From contig NC_058368.1 of NCBI RefSeq assembly GCF_018350175.1, positions 39,558,001-39,622,000 on the forward strand: a stretch of 64,000 nt of DNA, written 5' to 3'. This DNA comes from Felis catus. Its lineage: Eukaryota. The translations under genes and the position numbers were made by a program. Under the pieces are notes generated by a model that saw only the letters and a list, made by a program, of their open reading frames with translations, was not told where the DNA came from and did not search any database. This document shows positions 13,426-26,532 of this stretch, one piece after another (the first letter of the stretch is position 1; every line of letters begins with the position of its first letter).

Positions 13426-14421
13426 GTCGGGCTTTCTGTTGGAGTAGAGGAAAATCGTTTGCTAAACCACTAGCACTAAATGTCAGAAGTTGCCTCGATT
13501 TCTCCAGTAAAGAAGCTGCAGCTGGACCAGAAGTTACACTTGTCGTTACCTATTAATTAAATTCCTGTACACTGTGGTCATTCTTTAAGAACCATCTCCC
13601 TTCTGTAGTGGCAGAACTGTTATGGTTCGACAGGGCCCTGAGATTAGAAGGAACAGTATTGTTTGAGGGTCAGAGTGTATTATTCCTCCACCACCAGACT
13701 GGAGGCAGGATGTCATGAACAGATACATCTTTCCAGGACAGGGGCACTTAATTCTCATCCATGCTGTGCTAAAAAGTGGTGTATTTTCCTCAGAGTAAAT
13801 ATATGTAAATGTCCACAACTACTCAGTTTGCTTCCTAGTTTTCTTCTTTTTTCTACTCATAAATCTAACTGCTTTGTAATACTCTTGCCATTTACCCATT
13901 CCTCTAAGAGGTGCCAGCTTCCTTTAAAATATAATTCAGGATTTGAAATCTTAAGGCAGGACATTCAGTGTGACACCTGAATTCAGGAATAGGTTTACAA
14001 GTCCATCTTTATGTGAATTAGAAATGAATATTTATTGAACTAAGCAATAAATTGGGTTTTTTTTTTACATCTTACTTGCATTACTTTAGCACATACCCTC
14101 CCTTTTCTGCTTTTCATTCTTCCTAGAATAAGCCATTGGTTGAGTACAAAAAAACTTAAGAGGGCACACTCACGTTACTATCTATCCTGCTCACAAATTT
14201 ACTCTTCTCTTTTTTCTCACCCATCTGCTGTCACCAACCTTACTGTCTCCAGCACCTTTCTTCTCTTTTCACTGCTGGTAATAATAATGTCATGCCAGCT
14301 TTTACATTTATGTTAGAGTTCTCTGTGTTCCTTCATTATATAATGTTTCCCTTGTGCAATCTGCATTTCCACTCTAACCATTGTTTCCCATGGCACGTAC
14401 GAGGTCGATAACCACCTTGTA

Positions 14422-14440
14422 TGCACCAGAGGGCAGCAGT
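14422..14440 (+). promoter_or_regulatory. Candidate CTCF binding motif (forward)
   Basis: TGCACCAGAGGGCAGCA against the consensus CCASYAGRKGGCRS, with one mismatch at the first C. Lies in non-repetitive DNA with a few retained CpGs just upstream. Confidence 0.4.
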
Positions 14441-15774
14441 TTGCTCCAGTGTGGTAAGGGTACACTTTCCTAAATGAAGTCCATGCTAAACCAACTGTTA
14501 CAGAAATTCAACCTCATCCAGAATCATGTGCTTAAAAGATAAAATTATACTGGAGCAGTGCTTTTTTCTAGATTACATTGTTCTGATATTTTTATTTCAG
14601 TTTATTTCTTACTGAAGTATTTATGTTTTACTTTGAGTTAAGCTAGCGTGCACAAACAAAAGCATTCCCTACCCCTCTTAATAACTAACTCTTAGTTAAG
14701 TGGATCTGAAAACAAATATTTTCCTGGAAGCTCCAAAAATACTGTCAACTATAAATATTGTGTCTACTTAGTAAAAATTCAAGGCTATTTCTTAACTCAG
14801 CACTTTAAACTTCACTTGAGCAATTTCCCTCAGTTCCATAAAATGAAAAACTGAACCATCCAAGATTTTGTCCACAGTAGAAAATCCTTGAGTTGTGAGA
14901 AGACAATTTCTTTACAGCTCCAGAAATTTAATGACACTTTGAATCAATAAAGATACATGAGAAGGGGAGTTCTAAAAATAGCAAGCCAATAACTCTAAAC
15001 CAAGATTCTTAAATCACTCCTCAAGGATAGGATTACTTCAAAACTTGGTACCTTTGTCAAGGGCTTTTTAATAAGAGTGCCAGAGCTTGAATCAACCTTA
15101 GAGGTTCATCATTCTGTTGAAAAATAGGGAGGTCGTCAGTCCCACTGACATATCTTGCTCTTGAACTGAAATAATGATTTTTTTTAATTAAAAGCTTTGA
15201 CTGACTAGTCATAGAAACAGACTTCAGCATATATAGGAGCAAAACACAGAGAGCGAGATTTGTGTGAATTGGTTACTTTTACTACCTGCATAATTACACA
15301 GGAAGGAGGTCTAATTCTTATTGACTATGTTTTACCCAAAGGCTATGTCTTCTGTTTTTCTGCACTAATATTTAAAAGTGTATGATTATAAACAACAAGA
15401 CAACAATGTCCTATGTGTTTTCCCCTTACTTTGTTTCTATGTTACACTCTTCACAGAATAAAACTAGGTACAGACGACCTTTGATTTCAAACCAAAAAAT
15501 AAAATAAAATAAAATAATAACAAAAAACCCCAGTAACAATATTGCCTGTTGCTCTAATTAAAACAAGGCATAGCATTTCTGTACTTCAAACACACTGGAT
15601 GATTTCCAGTGTCTCTTTCAGTGCATTTGCCAGATTTTGTACACTGGATTAAGACAGAAACCCCATTAATTCCTCCCTGAATAAAGTCACTGAACTAGTA
15701 CATGAATTTGAGTAACACTCTCGCCCACCCCCCTACCTCCCCCACTGCTCCAAGAAGCACAGTAAAATAATACA

Positions 15775-15975
15775 ACTTTTGGAACTGGATTCCTGTCATA
15801 GCTTCATCACTAACCAGGTGTGTGATCTGTGGTGTCCCCCTTAAACTCTCTGTGCCTTGTGTGCTGATCTGTAAAATTAGAGATAATAATGCCAGCCTCA
15901 CCAGGTTACCAAGAGAGGATTAAATAGAATAACACATGTCAAGTCCTGCTGTAGAACTTGGTGATCAAAAAGATT
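15775..15975 (+). mobile_element. MIR
   Basis: 'cttaaactctctgtgccttg...atctgtaaaattagagataataat...gaggattaaatagaataa'. Confidence 0.75.
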
Positions 15976-16010
15976 AATTCCTATATAACTCAGTGAGAGA
16001 CAGACAAGCA

Positions 16011-16011
<1 letters not shown>

Positions 16012-16041
<30 letters not shown>
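16012..16041. repeat. (CA)n microsatellite
   Basis: About 15 perfect CA units. Confidence 0.97.
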
Positions 16042-16042
<1 letters not shown>

Positions 16043-18242
16043 ATCACAGAACAAGTAAATTCAGAACCGCTCCCCTAAACTTTCTTATTCAATTTAGTCC
16101 AGGATGTTTAAGAAATAGAAGGATACTCTGTCAAAAAGAAAAACTATAACTAGTTGTAGTGCTCAAGGTCAGTTGAGGGGATGTTGGAATACAATGGAAG
16201 TGTCTTATAGGCTACTAAATAATTATTCCCTGTGGAAACGATATTGTAACAGAAAATTCTAGGAATAGCTGCTGGGCTCATATATTTCCTCCTTCTGTGA
16301 ATAGCCAATGTAGCCTGGGGTGGGTTCCCAAAGTCATAGCCATAATAACTGACTTTAGGCCAGTTACATTATCTCTCATAGAAATTAAAATTTGGAACTA
16401 ATTGTAAGATGGGGAATCCTTGATATATATATTATATATCCACATCCTAATGCAGACTTTTTCAAACTGCAGGGGGAAGATCCATTAGTATATGATTACA
16501 TCAATTTACTGGTTAAAACCAGAATTATAAAAATGAATAAAATAGAAGAGAAAATAAAGCTCATATATTTAAATAAGGGTGTTTTCCCTGATTATTTGAT
16601 TTGTTATAAGTATTTAGATAATAATAGATACACAGATTATATATATATATATAATATTATATATATTACATATATAATATTATATATATAATCATACATA
16701 CATACATACATACATACTGGGCTGCAATGTAAAATATATTCTTTATTCCTTTCCATCAAAAATGTAAAAAGTACTTCCTTTATAAAGGAGAATTTTAAGA
16801 AACATTTGCTGAGGCCTCTGGCAAAGTTTTGCTCATTGTACCCATTCTAAGGCTTAGTTGTTAACCTTCCTGGTGAAATAGAAAATGTAGTTGCCTTCCC
16901 TCTACTTTGATCATCCTCATTTGGTCTATAAATCTCCACCTATGCATCCTGTGTACTTTGGAAGAAACTAACCCAAATCCATGCATTCTCATTCTGCAGT
17001 CACAGTAATTGCTCTAGGGGGTGGGGATGTGACCCAATTCACAGCCTAGATGTGTCTGGATAAGGTTTTTTGCTGTTGCTGTTTTTTGGTTTGTTGGTTT
17101 GTTGTTTTTTTTTTCACTTTCTAGGAGAGCACCTTACATTATCTTTCTCTCTCTTTTGGAGATAGACAAGGACATAGGCAGCAACTGGATTTTGTAAGTC
17201 ATCTCCTGAGACTATGAAGAGAAGCTAGCCTGAAACTGGTGTTAATATGGATGGAGGACAACAGTATCAGTCTGGCAAATGACTGTTTTTCTATCCATAG
17301 AATGGTCCATGCTTCAATCCTTCTTGTCACTTCTCCAGGAAAACGTAATAAATTCTATTAGCTCTAATTTCCTAGAAAAGGCAATGCTTTGTGACTGTGG
17401 GTATTATAAGAAATTTTAGCCCCAGAGCTTTTCAGCTAAAAGGTGCCTGTTTCCTAGACCCCTCGTCCTCATACACGAGGCATTTAAATTCCTCATCACA
17501 GGCCTTTAAAACCTATGACCATGTCCTATGATCATCGAGAAATGTTAGCTTCCACTACACTTCTGACTTGGATTCCATTTTTACGTCTACCTTGATTTAC
17601 CTGCCTCAGTTTTCGCATGAAGTATGCATTGATTACTCTAAAATGACCCACGATACTGAAAAATATTCATACTCATTGAATAACTTTCCTATTCAAGCAA
17701 AGGATTTAGGACATGAGCAGTAAGAGAAGGGTTGGCACTGGAAAAGGTGTCCTGAAATCTCAGGGGCAGGCTTGGACATCTTTAGCACTGCTGCATCAAA
17801 CAGGTTTGCACATCACGAACCACCTTCAGCACGTGTGTTTGCCCTTCAGTACCAGGAAGTCCAAAGTCTGCACGGGGCCGGGATCTCTTTTGAAAGCTGG
17901 CTATGTAAGCACATTCCAGTTACATGACCAGCCTAATCTGTCAAAACCCCTCAGGCTTCATCAAAACCAGGCTCAAATCAAAAGTCCAGTCACTGTTACT
18001 AATTAATGCTGACAGGGTGGTACTTTAGAAGTACCCCAAGCAACTCACAGACCTACAGTTACAGAACATTATTTATTTTTATTGAATATATTCCACAGTA
18101 TTGGCCCAAAGGTCTTATAATGCTCCAAGGAACCTCGGAGATGAGCACGTGGTCAATCCAGAGTGGCAAAGAATATAACTCATGTTAGGTAGTCTTGGAT
18201 GTGAATGTGTATCTAAAACTTATTTTTAAATTCTTTTTTTCT

Positions 18243-18460
18243 GGGGTGTCTGAGTGGCTCAGTCAGTTGAGCGTCTGACTCTTGATTTCGGCTGAGGCCA
18301 TGATCTCATGTTTAGTGAGTTCAAGCCCTGTGTCGGGCTCTGTGCTGACAGTGAGGAGCCTACTTGGAATATTCTCTCCCTCTCTCTCTGCTCCTCCCCT
18401 GCTCTTGTGTGCTTTCTCACTCTCTTTCTCAAAAATAAATAAATAAACATTTAAAATAAT
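18243..18460 (+). mobile_element. Can-SINE
   Basis: GGGGTGTCTGAGTGGCTCAG head, B-box GAGTTCAAGCCC, CT tract and AATAAA tail. Confidence 0.95.
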
Positions 18461-18969
18461 TATTTTTTTCTAACGTTTTCATCTGAAATTAGAAAAATGA
18501 CTTAGGGAATACAACCCTTTAATATCATTCATATATCACCTGTTCTATTGCCTGGATGTCTTTTAATTTCTCTTTTTTATATCTGAATAAATGAAAGCTG
18601 AGAAACGGTCAGTTACTTGTTCAAGATCACAAGGTGGTGATGTGACCTGATTATTTAATTATTTAACATTGTTATGGAACATTACTGTGTCAGAGAACAG
18701 GCTGGCTCTGTATGTAACGGGGTGAAGTCTTCTCATATAAAATCTTATATTCAGTCTGTAGCTTTGTAACACGGAGAATTTGGATGAGAATACCATGAGT
18801 GTTATTTCTGACCTTGGATCCAAGAGAAATATGACCTTGTGACCACCTAATCTGTGCTACTTGTACCATGGACACTGATTAAATAGCATCCTTAACAAAA
18901 GGTTACATGATACCTAAAACTGTGCCTTGTGTATATAAGCAATTCAAAAATATGTATTGAACTTAATTT

Positions 18970-19011
18970 CAAAACAATAAATAAATTGGACAAAACAATA
19001 AATAAATTGGA
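18970..19011. repeat. Perfect 21-bp tandem duplication
   Basis: caaaacaataaataaattgga present twice. Confidence 0.95.
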
Positions 19012-19435
19012 GTAGAAAAGTTCACCCCAAGTATGTTTCTTTGAAAGAATACTTTAAGAAAAGCTGCAAAAGACAACCTAGAGGAATTAGCTTTTATATT
19101 TTTCCAAGGTAGCCAATCTTTGGTTCTTTGTTAGAAAAAAATACATTTATGCCTTGAGTTTCCATGTACACAAAAGTGTAATATTTACTACTAATTGTTA
19201 AATTCACCCAAAAGGGCTAATTCCTTCAATGCTAGAGGAGATACTTATGCATAGTTAAATCGATAGTAGCTATAGTGAAATCATAAATATAACAAATAAA
19301 ATAAAAATTTAAAGTACAGAATCCAATAGTAACCCAAGTATTCTTATAAAAAAACATGCCCTACAAAAATGTAATACACTTGAAGGGAACCACAATAAAT
19401 GCCGTGTGTAGAAAATGATTCAGATGCAATGGTCA

Positions 19436-19630
19436 GAGGCACCTGGGTGGCTCAGTCATTTAAGCGTCCGACTCTTGGTCTCAGCTCAGGTCATGATCCA
19501 AGGGGTTTGTGAGTTCGAGCCTCACATTGTGATTTTCTCTCTCTCTCCCTCTGTCTCTGCCCCTCTCCCACTCACCCTCTGTTTCAAAATAAATAAACAA
19601 ACTTAAAAAAAAAACCACCAAACAAAAACA
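19436..19630 (+). mobile_element. Can-SINE with internal deletion
   Basis: Head and B-box present. The segment between the B-box and the CT tract seen in sibling copies is missing. A-rich tail. Confidence 0.9.
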
Positions 19631-20499
19631 AATGTGATGGTCAGTTATATTCAGTTTTGAAGAATTCAAGAGATTTTTAAAAAGAGGTGTAATAGGAATA
19701 AATGTATTGACATTAGGCGTAAGTACAACTGACTCTATCACTAAATATTGCTAAAGTACACTGTTTTATATTTTCCATTTTATCACATGGAAATACTAAC
19801 AAAATAATCTTAGCTGTTTAGAATTCTTATAGTAACAAGGTAAGTTTTTGAATCTGTTGTGTCCACCCATAAAACCACTTTTCTGGCTATTCTATACCAT
19901 TTAAATGTCTAACAATGTCCTATGAAAGAATAACCTGGCATGCAAAGTATGGCATCCACTTTGGAAACGAAGTATAAGCTTCCATTGTGTTCTCATTTTA
20001 CTTTCAGTCTTTAATTACCAAAGGTTGAGAGTGTGATGGTTAAAGTAAATTACTTATATAGGCAAAATGCATCTTATACAGTTCATCCACTGTTCTAATT
20101 GCCTTCAATGCCTTCATCCTAGCTTCAGGATTTATTACCTTTTAATACTGCATAAAGCTTTCCTGATATCAATTCTATACCCTTTATTGTATCCTCTGTG
20201 CATTTTTCTATAGTTTAAATCCTCAGAATCTGGATGGATAACAGCTCACTAATTTGACAGTTTATTCCATTTGTTAAATGGGTGCTGTTTTCCTGTTATT
20301 ACATTAATCCCTTACACAAGAAACATCTCTATTTTAAGATAAGACCTTTGGAGAAAATCCTTCACTCTCAAGTACAGCTAAAGTTGCAGAGAACGTTGCA
20401 GGCTTGTGAAGGAAAATAATTTTGAGCACCAGTTTCCTTGGTGTTGTTTCCATTATCACAGATGAGGTATTTTAAGAATAACACAGCATTATCTCCTAT

Positions 20500-21170
20500 A
20501 AAGGGAAACCTCATTGTTCCAGTTTTTCAGGCCCAAAACCTTTGAATCATCCTTTATTGGTGTGGCTGTTTATTGAATGTGTCCCCACATTCAGCTGGTT
20601 ATCATATCCAGTCACAGCTAATGCTGGATTCTATCAACAAGCGTGTACTACCAATGCCTCAACTGCTACTCTGGGCCAAGTGTCCAGCATCTTTGGCTTG
20701 AGTCACTGTGATCACCTCCTAAACTATCCTTCTCGTTTTTCACCATTGCATCCCTTCGCTCTATTTTTTACATAAGAGTCAGAGTGATCCTGTTCAAAAG
20801 TAGGTGAGATCATGTGCCTCCTCTGCTTAACATCTTCTCACAGTAAAAGCCAGACTCCTGGCAGAATCCCGGAACATCAGTGCCTTTGTTTCTCCCCCTC
20901 TCTCTATGCCTCCTACTACCCTCTTGCTCATTCTGCTCAGTAACACTAGTCTCCATGTTTCTCAAACCTGTCAGGCACACTCCTGCTTCAAGTCTTTGGT
21001 CTCGTTCTTCCCTTTGTCTCAATGGTTTCTTTCCCAGACACGCATGGTTGACTACTTCATCCTTATCAGGTCTTGTTTCATATGCCCCCTCCTCAGTAAA
21101 GCCATCCCTGAGGCACACTGTGCAGTTCCCGTTGTCTTTCCCTGTTTTATCATTGTACTTGGCTACTTCT
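20500..21170 (+). mobile_element. L2 LINE fragment
   Basis: 'cagagtgatcctgttcaaaa...gatcatgtgcctcctctgcttaacatc' and 'caggcacactcctgcttca' are L2 3'-region motifs. Confidence 0.75.
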
Positions 21171-22417
21171 CAGTGAAAATATGACAGTAATTTCCAGAAA
21201 CTGTTTCTCTGATTGTGAAATGAATGCAGTCAACTGTGAGAATTAAAAGAATGGCCACCTTCCATGCTTGGTGGTGTTAACAAAAAGTATTTTAGCTGCA
21301 TATATTAGATAATGGTATGTTCCACCCTTTGCAAGTGTTATAAAATTCAAAAATATATTAGATAAAGATTATTTGTGAACTTCCTAATAAGAGCCAAAGC
21401 ACCATAAATAAGCTGAATATAACTATGTAAGCCAGGAATGACATTTATTTTTTGTAGAAAAATAACAAGGAAAAGCAGTCTCCATTTAGAATTTGTGTGT
21501 GTGCGTGTGTGTGTATGTGTGCATGTGCGTGTGTTTGCCTGTGATTATATCACTTTGACTGGAACTATTATTCAATAGAAAAGTCCTTCAAATGTAATTG
21601 CAAAGTCAGAGACCTACAGGGAAATGGGGATCAAAAGCTCTCATCACTCCAGATGCTACAAAGCCTTCCCTTCCAGATGCTACCGATTTTACTCCCCAGG
21701 TATTTTTAAATTAGGAATCTGTCTTAGCTGGTACAGGAAGACAAGAGGTCAAGCTCAATCAGATGATTCACCTAAACCTATTGAAAAAGGAAAGTGTCCT
21801 AGGAGTCTTGTCGCTATTGTAAAGGATTATTTAGTGAATCCGATTGCTGAGTTTCTAAATATCTCAGCAGTTTGACAAAACTTGATATCTTGACTCGATC
21901 AGAACAGAGTCTGAAAATACTGAAACCTTTATCAGAGAGTCTGAAATCACAGCAGCTGCTCAGAAATACTGATTACTGCTCACTGTGGAAAAAGCCCAAG
22001 TGTAGCGGCCCTGACTAGAATGCCACCATTACGTTCTAAGGACTAACTTCTCAGCAGAAACCAGGACAACATAGTTAGGCTCTTGTTCCTAACTTATATT
22101 CATAATTACTTATGAAGATGATTTTAGAAGATAGATATGTTTTTGTATGAGTAGTCTAAAGACAATAAATAGCATGATATTTTAAAATATCTATGTCACG
22201 GATAAGGATAGATTCATAAATCATTCTTTAATTTCTTTGCTCATGGTATTCAGTTTATAAAGCCAAACTGATATCTATGAAAAAATACCTTAAGTTATGT
22301 TGTCTCTCCCTCACTCAGAAGGGGATAATAATGACAAACAGCAAAGGTTGTTCTTAAACGTTTGTATTTGAAGACTATGAGCAGAGCTCAGAAGATTTGT
22401 ACTAATTAACCCTTTGT

Positions 22418-22420
<3 letters not shown>

Positions 22421-22456
<36 letters not shown>

Positions 22457-22878
22457 GTTTATTGTCAAATTGGTTTCCATACAACACCCAGTGCTCATCC
22501 CAAAAGGTGCCCTCCTCAATACCCATTACCCACCCTCCCCTCCCTCCCACCCCCCATCAACCCTCAGTTTGTTCTCAGTTTTTAAGAGTCTCTTATGCTT
22601 TGGCTCTCTTCCACTCTAACCTCTTTTTTTTTTCCTTCCCCTCCCCATGGGTTTCTGTTAAGTTTCTCAGGATCCACATAAGAGTGAAACCATATGGTAT
22701 CTGTCTTTCTCTGTATGGCTTATTTCACTTAGCGTCACACTCTCCAGTTCCATCCACGTTGCTACAAAGGGCCATATTTCATTCTTTCTCATTGCCCTGT
22801 AGTACTCCATTGTGTATATAAACCACAGTTTTTTTATCCATTCATCAGTTGATGGACACTTAGGCTCTTTCCATAATT
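22421..22878 (-). mobile_element. Young 5'-truncated felid L1 (L1_Fc-like 3' end)
   Basis: 'gaagtttattgtcaaattggtttccatacaacacccagtgctcatcccaaaaggtgccctcc' is a feline L1 3' UTR. (TA)n tail. Perfect TSD ttaaccctttgttct at 22406-22420 and 22879-22893. Confidence 0.93.
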
Positions 22879-23064
22879 TTAACCCTTTGTTCTAAATATG
22901 TGCAAGTATTCGATGTCATTAAGGAAACCCGGTAGTGCTAAAATCAAACTCAACTGCTACCTGCAGGACAAACAAATTCTCATAGCAGAATGGAGAGAAG
23001 GGAAAGACAGAGGGATACGAGAGAGAAAAAGATTGAGGTAAATGCTTTTGAAAACTGTAGGAGT

Positions 23065-23268
23065 GGGGTGCCTGGGTGGCTCGGTTGAACATCTGACTTT
23101 GGTTCAGGTCATGATCTCCTTAGTTCCTTGAGTGTGAGCCCCACATGGGGCTCTGTGCTGACAGCTTGGAGCCTGGAGCTTGCTTTGGATTCTGTGTCTC
23201 CTGCTCTCTCTGCCCCTCCCCTGCTCTCTCTCTCTCTCAAAAATATATAAACATTAAAAAAAAAAACC
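23065..23268 (+). mobile_element. Can-SINE
   Basis: GGGGTGCCTGGGTGGCTC head, CT tract and A tail. Imperfect TSD aaaact(g/a)tagg. Confidence 0.95.
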
Positions 23269-23354
23269 AAAACTATAGGGGCTATTTAAGGGTTGAAGAG
23301 AAGAATATTATTTGCAAAAGAATATCATTTCCAGCACAGCCCAAAGTGTATATG

Positions 23355-23520
23355 GCCATTAATTAGCTGACATTAGGTGAGTTAAATAACCTCTTTGTGC
23401 CTCTCTGCTCTCATCTTTGATATTATGCGAACTGAAATCAATCAATCAAATGATGGGGTAATGGATATCAATCCTCACACCAGGATGTTGTGAGGATTAA
23501 ATGAGATAATAGCAAATATA
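23355..23520 (+). mobile_element. MIR fragment
   Basis: 'tagctgacattaggtgagttaaataacctctttgtgcctc' and 'gttgtgaggattaaatgagataat'. Confidence 0.7.
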
Positions 23521-24793
23521 ATGACAATATTAAATGGCTTGTATAGTTGTTGCTAGGTGAGTTAAGAGGGGATTATAATAACACAAGGACTTATTGAAAG
23601 GGCTAAATAAGATAATATGTAAGATATTGAAGAGGTTTAAGATAATGTTAATAAAAACTTCTAAATTCTTTTTTATTGTTTTGCAAATTAGATTACTTTT
23701 TAGTAAATTATGTGAAAACCCAAATTTTACTAATATACCAACCATACTGAAAAATTGACAATAGCAATGTTTCTAATACTGTTTATAATTTGGAATTTTT
23801 CTACAAATATGTCAACTATTTAAGATTATCCTATTGAAATGAATTCATTCTAGCGTTGTAAAAGCACAGATTTAGGAATTTTAAGAAGGTATGGGCTTTT
23901 TATAATTTTTTTAAACCTGAAAACATAAAATGCTTTGAAATAAGAATAAATATTTTTAAATGGAGGAAAACATAAAGTATATGTATTTAAAATATTAAAT
24001 ATAAATGATAAATTATGTGAAAATATAGATTATGTTTTGTGTATTTTACTCCTCTAAGTAAAAGATATATTCTAGAAACTTCATGCGAACAAAGAATTTT
24101 TTATCCCTTAATACACATTTTCCCATTTTTATGTTTCCAGAATGAATAAGATTTTGACATCTGAAGGATGTCTATACTGCACATTGATCTTTATAACCTT
24201 AGGGCCTTTACCACCTGTCAGAAATTTTCATAATATTAATAATTCATTTCTTTAGCTGATTCTTTATTTATTCTAACATCTACTAACTTCACCACATTCA
24301 ATACAGTGGTTTAGGAGTTGATACTTTGAAACATCCCAAATTGCTCACTTGTAGAATATACATAAAAAAAGAGGAAAATGTGTTACATGGTCTACAGAAA
24401 AAATTAGTAATCATTCCATACCAAGAAATTACATGCAAAGTTTTAATCCTAATGCATGTTTTGAAATGCTTAATAGTGAAGTACATATTAAAATTTAAAT
24501 TTCAATGGACTTTAGAATTAATATAATAAACAATATAATTAATTTCTAAGGTCTAATTAATACAGATCATTTTTTCTGACCCATAGAACACAGAAAAAAG
24601 AGTTTACATCATTGCTAACTCATAACTTCCATTTCCACAGTACCTTTTTTCCTTCATCTTGCCACCATGGTACATGGTACATTAAAAAAAGTACCATTTG
24701 GTATAGCCAATGAAAAACATGTAGAATACAATTTTGTTGATTAGTCTTAAGGCATTTGAGTACTACAGAGTCTATCAAATTTTGAGTTTATAT

Positions 24794-25278
24794 TGATAAA
24801 GGATATTTTCAACCTTTAATGTTGTGGGCCCTGCTCCTGGGCTCCCAAGGAAGCTATACTTTTATCAGCTTCCAAAGGATTTCACCAAACTTCAGGGCTT
24901 GGGCTCTATTTCTGCCCTGAGCACCTGCTTCCTTAGCAAATAACTTAAAGAAACAGTTCAGACTAAAGATAGGAGTAAAAAATCTCCCAAAGTTCCATTT
25001 CCACACCTCTAAAGCCTGCAACTTTGCACATACTAACAGCACAAGATAAAGTCTGTAATTTTCTGAACCATCCTTCATCATGATGATTTGTAACTCTTCA
25101 TGAAACGAAAAACATACATAAGCCTGTATTAAACGTTCCTTCTCCAGAGCATTCTTTTCTTTGTGTAGAGTGTGTACCCTGGGCAGCTGTCCTCAAACTC
25201 TCTTCTTTTTCTTTTCTTTCTTCTTCTTTTTTTTTTTTTTTTAGAAATTCTAAAAGGTTCGTTCATTTTGCATCAACA
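24794..25278 (+). mobile_element. ERV solo LTR, family undetermined (copy 1)
   Basis: TG...CA termini (tgataaagg ... ttttgcatcaaca) with near-matching 4-bp flanks atat/gtat. Homologous along much of its length to the reverse complement of 31463-32254. Confidence 0.65.
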
Positions 25279-26532
25279 GTATTTATCAAAAAACAGCTCT
25301 GAACAGCTAAATCACCACTACTTGTTCTTAAACAGACACTTTGTAGTCACACAAAACTAGAAACTATTTCATGCATAAAAGTTCAAAATGTAATAGAAAA
25401 AGATAATTGTCAATGTCAATAAGAGCTTTCAGGGAACTTAGAATAAGTAGGAGCAGGCTTTCCTCCCACAACTGGTGATGTTTTGCTCTATTACAAAGAA
25501 GCAAAGGTTAATTTGACAGCTGGCTTTAATATATTCTTCATGAATATCAGTTGGCTTTTATACCATAGACAACCTTCTGCAATATGAATATGAAACAATC
25601 ATGCCTCACACTGCAAATTAATACCGGTTCACCTGATTATATATTTTTTTACATTTGACTCAAGTGCATAGTTTTATAATGTCACAAATAAAAATGATTT
25701 TCAATTAATATGTAGTAATGATAAAGTATTTATCTCAAAATTGTAGATTTTTTCAGGAGCAATGCTAAATCCTCCCCTTATCACTTAATTAAATCAGGCT
25801 ATTTTGCAATAGTTTCAGGGCTGTAATAATAGTAAGTCATTTGGATTACACTTTTGATTGACTTTTCTTAAAGTACTGAGTTAACGTTACTGCAAGTATG
25901 TTTTCCTAAGAAAATCCTGGAAAACTCTTTTCCTAACTATAACATATATCTGAGTTTTGAAAATGCCATAGGTTGATTTTAATTGTAAAAAAGAAAAAAG
26001 ACATTTATCTTTTGAATGTCAAGGATTATTAATAGTCCATTTTAAGAACTAAATGACAAATTAATGCCTTCATAAATCAACATGGAATCTGAAGGAAAAA
26101 AATTTCTTATACATTTTTTAATGCAGCTTTAGGCTCTGTGTTTTGAAGTTGCGAAGCTTTCAAGAGATGTTTACTTTGAATAACTTACATGATATTGTGC
26201 ATGATTTTAATCACCCACCAAAGCTAAAAATTTAACTTAAAAATTGTAATCCCTATGTAAGTATGCTATCTCCAACAAAATTAAGTATGTAACCATAATT
26301 GCTAAAACATAGCACAGTGAATGTTTTTCAGCTAATCCATTATTCTAGTTCCCTTCCTCTTCTTGGCCAGGGAAGAATGGAACTTGCCTTCTCCATTAAA
26401 ATAAGGCTATAGCTTGTTCCTGACAATGAATACGAACCAAAAGAATAGCTCTTACTTCTGCGTAGAAGCATCTGATTCCTCACCATTGATTTTCTAGATT
26501 CAGCCCATGAAAGCATGTAAGGAAATATTTAT

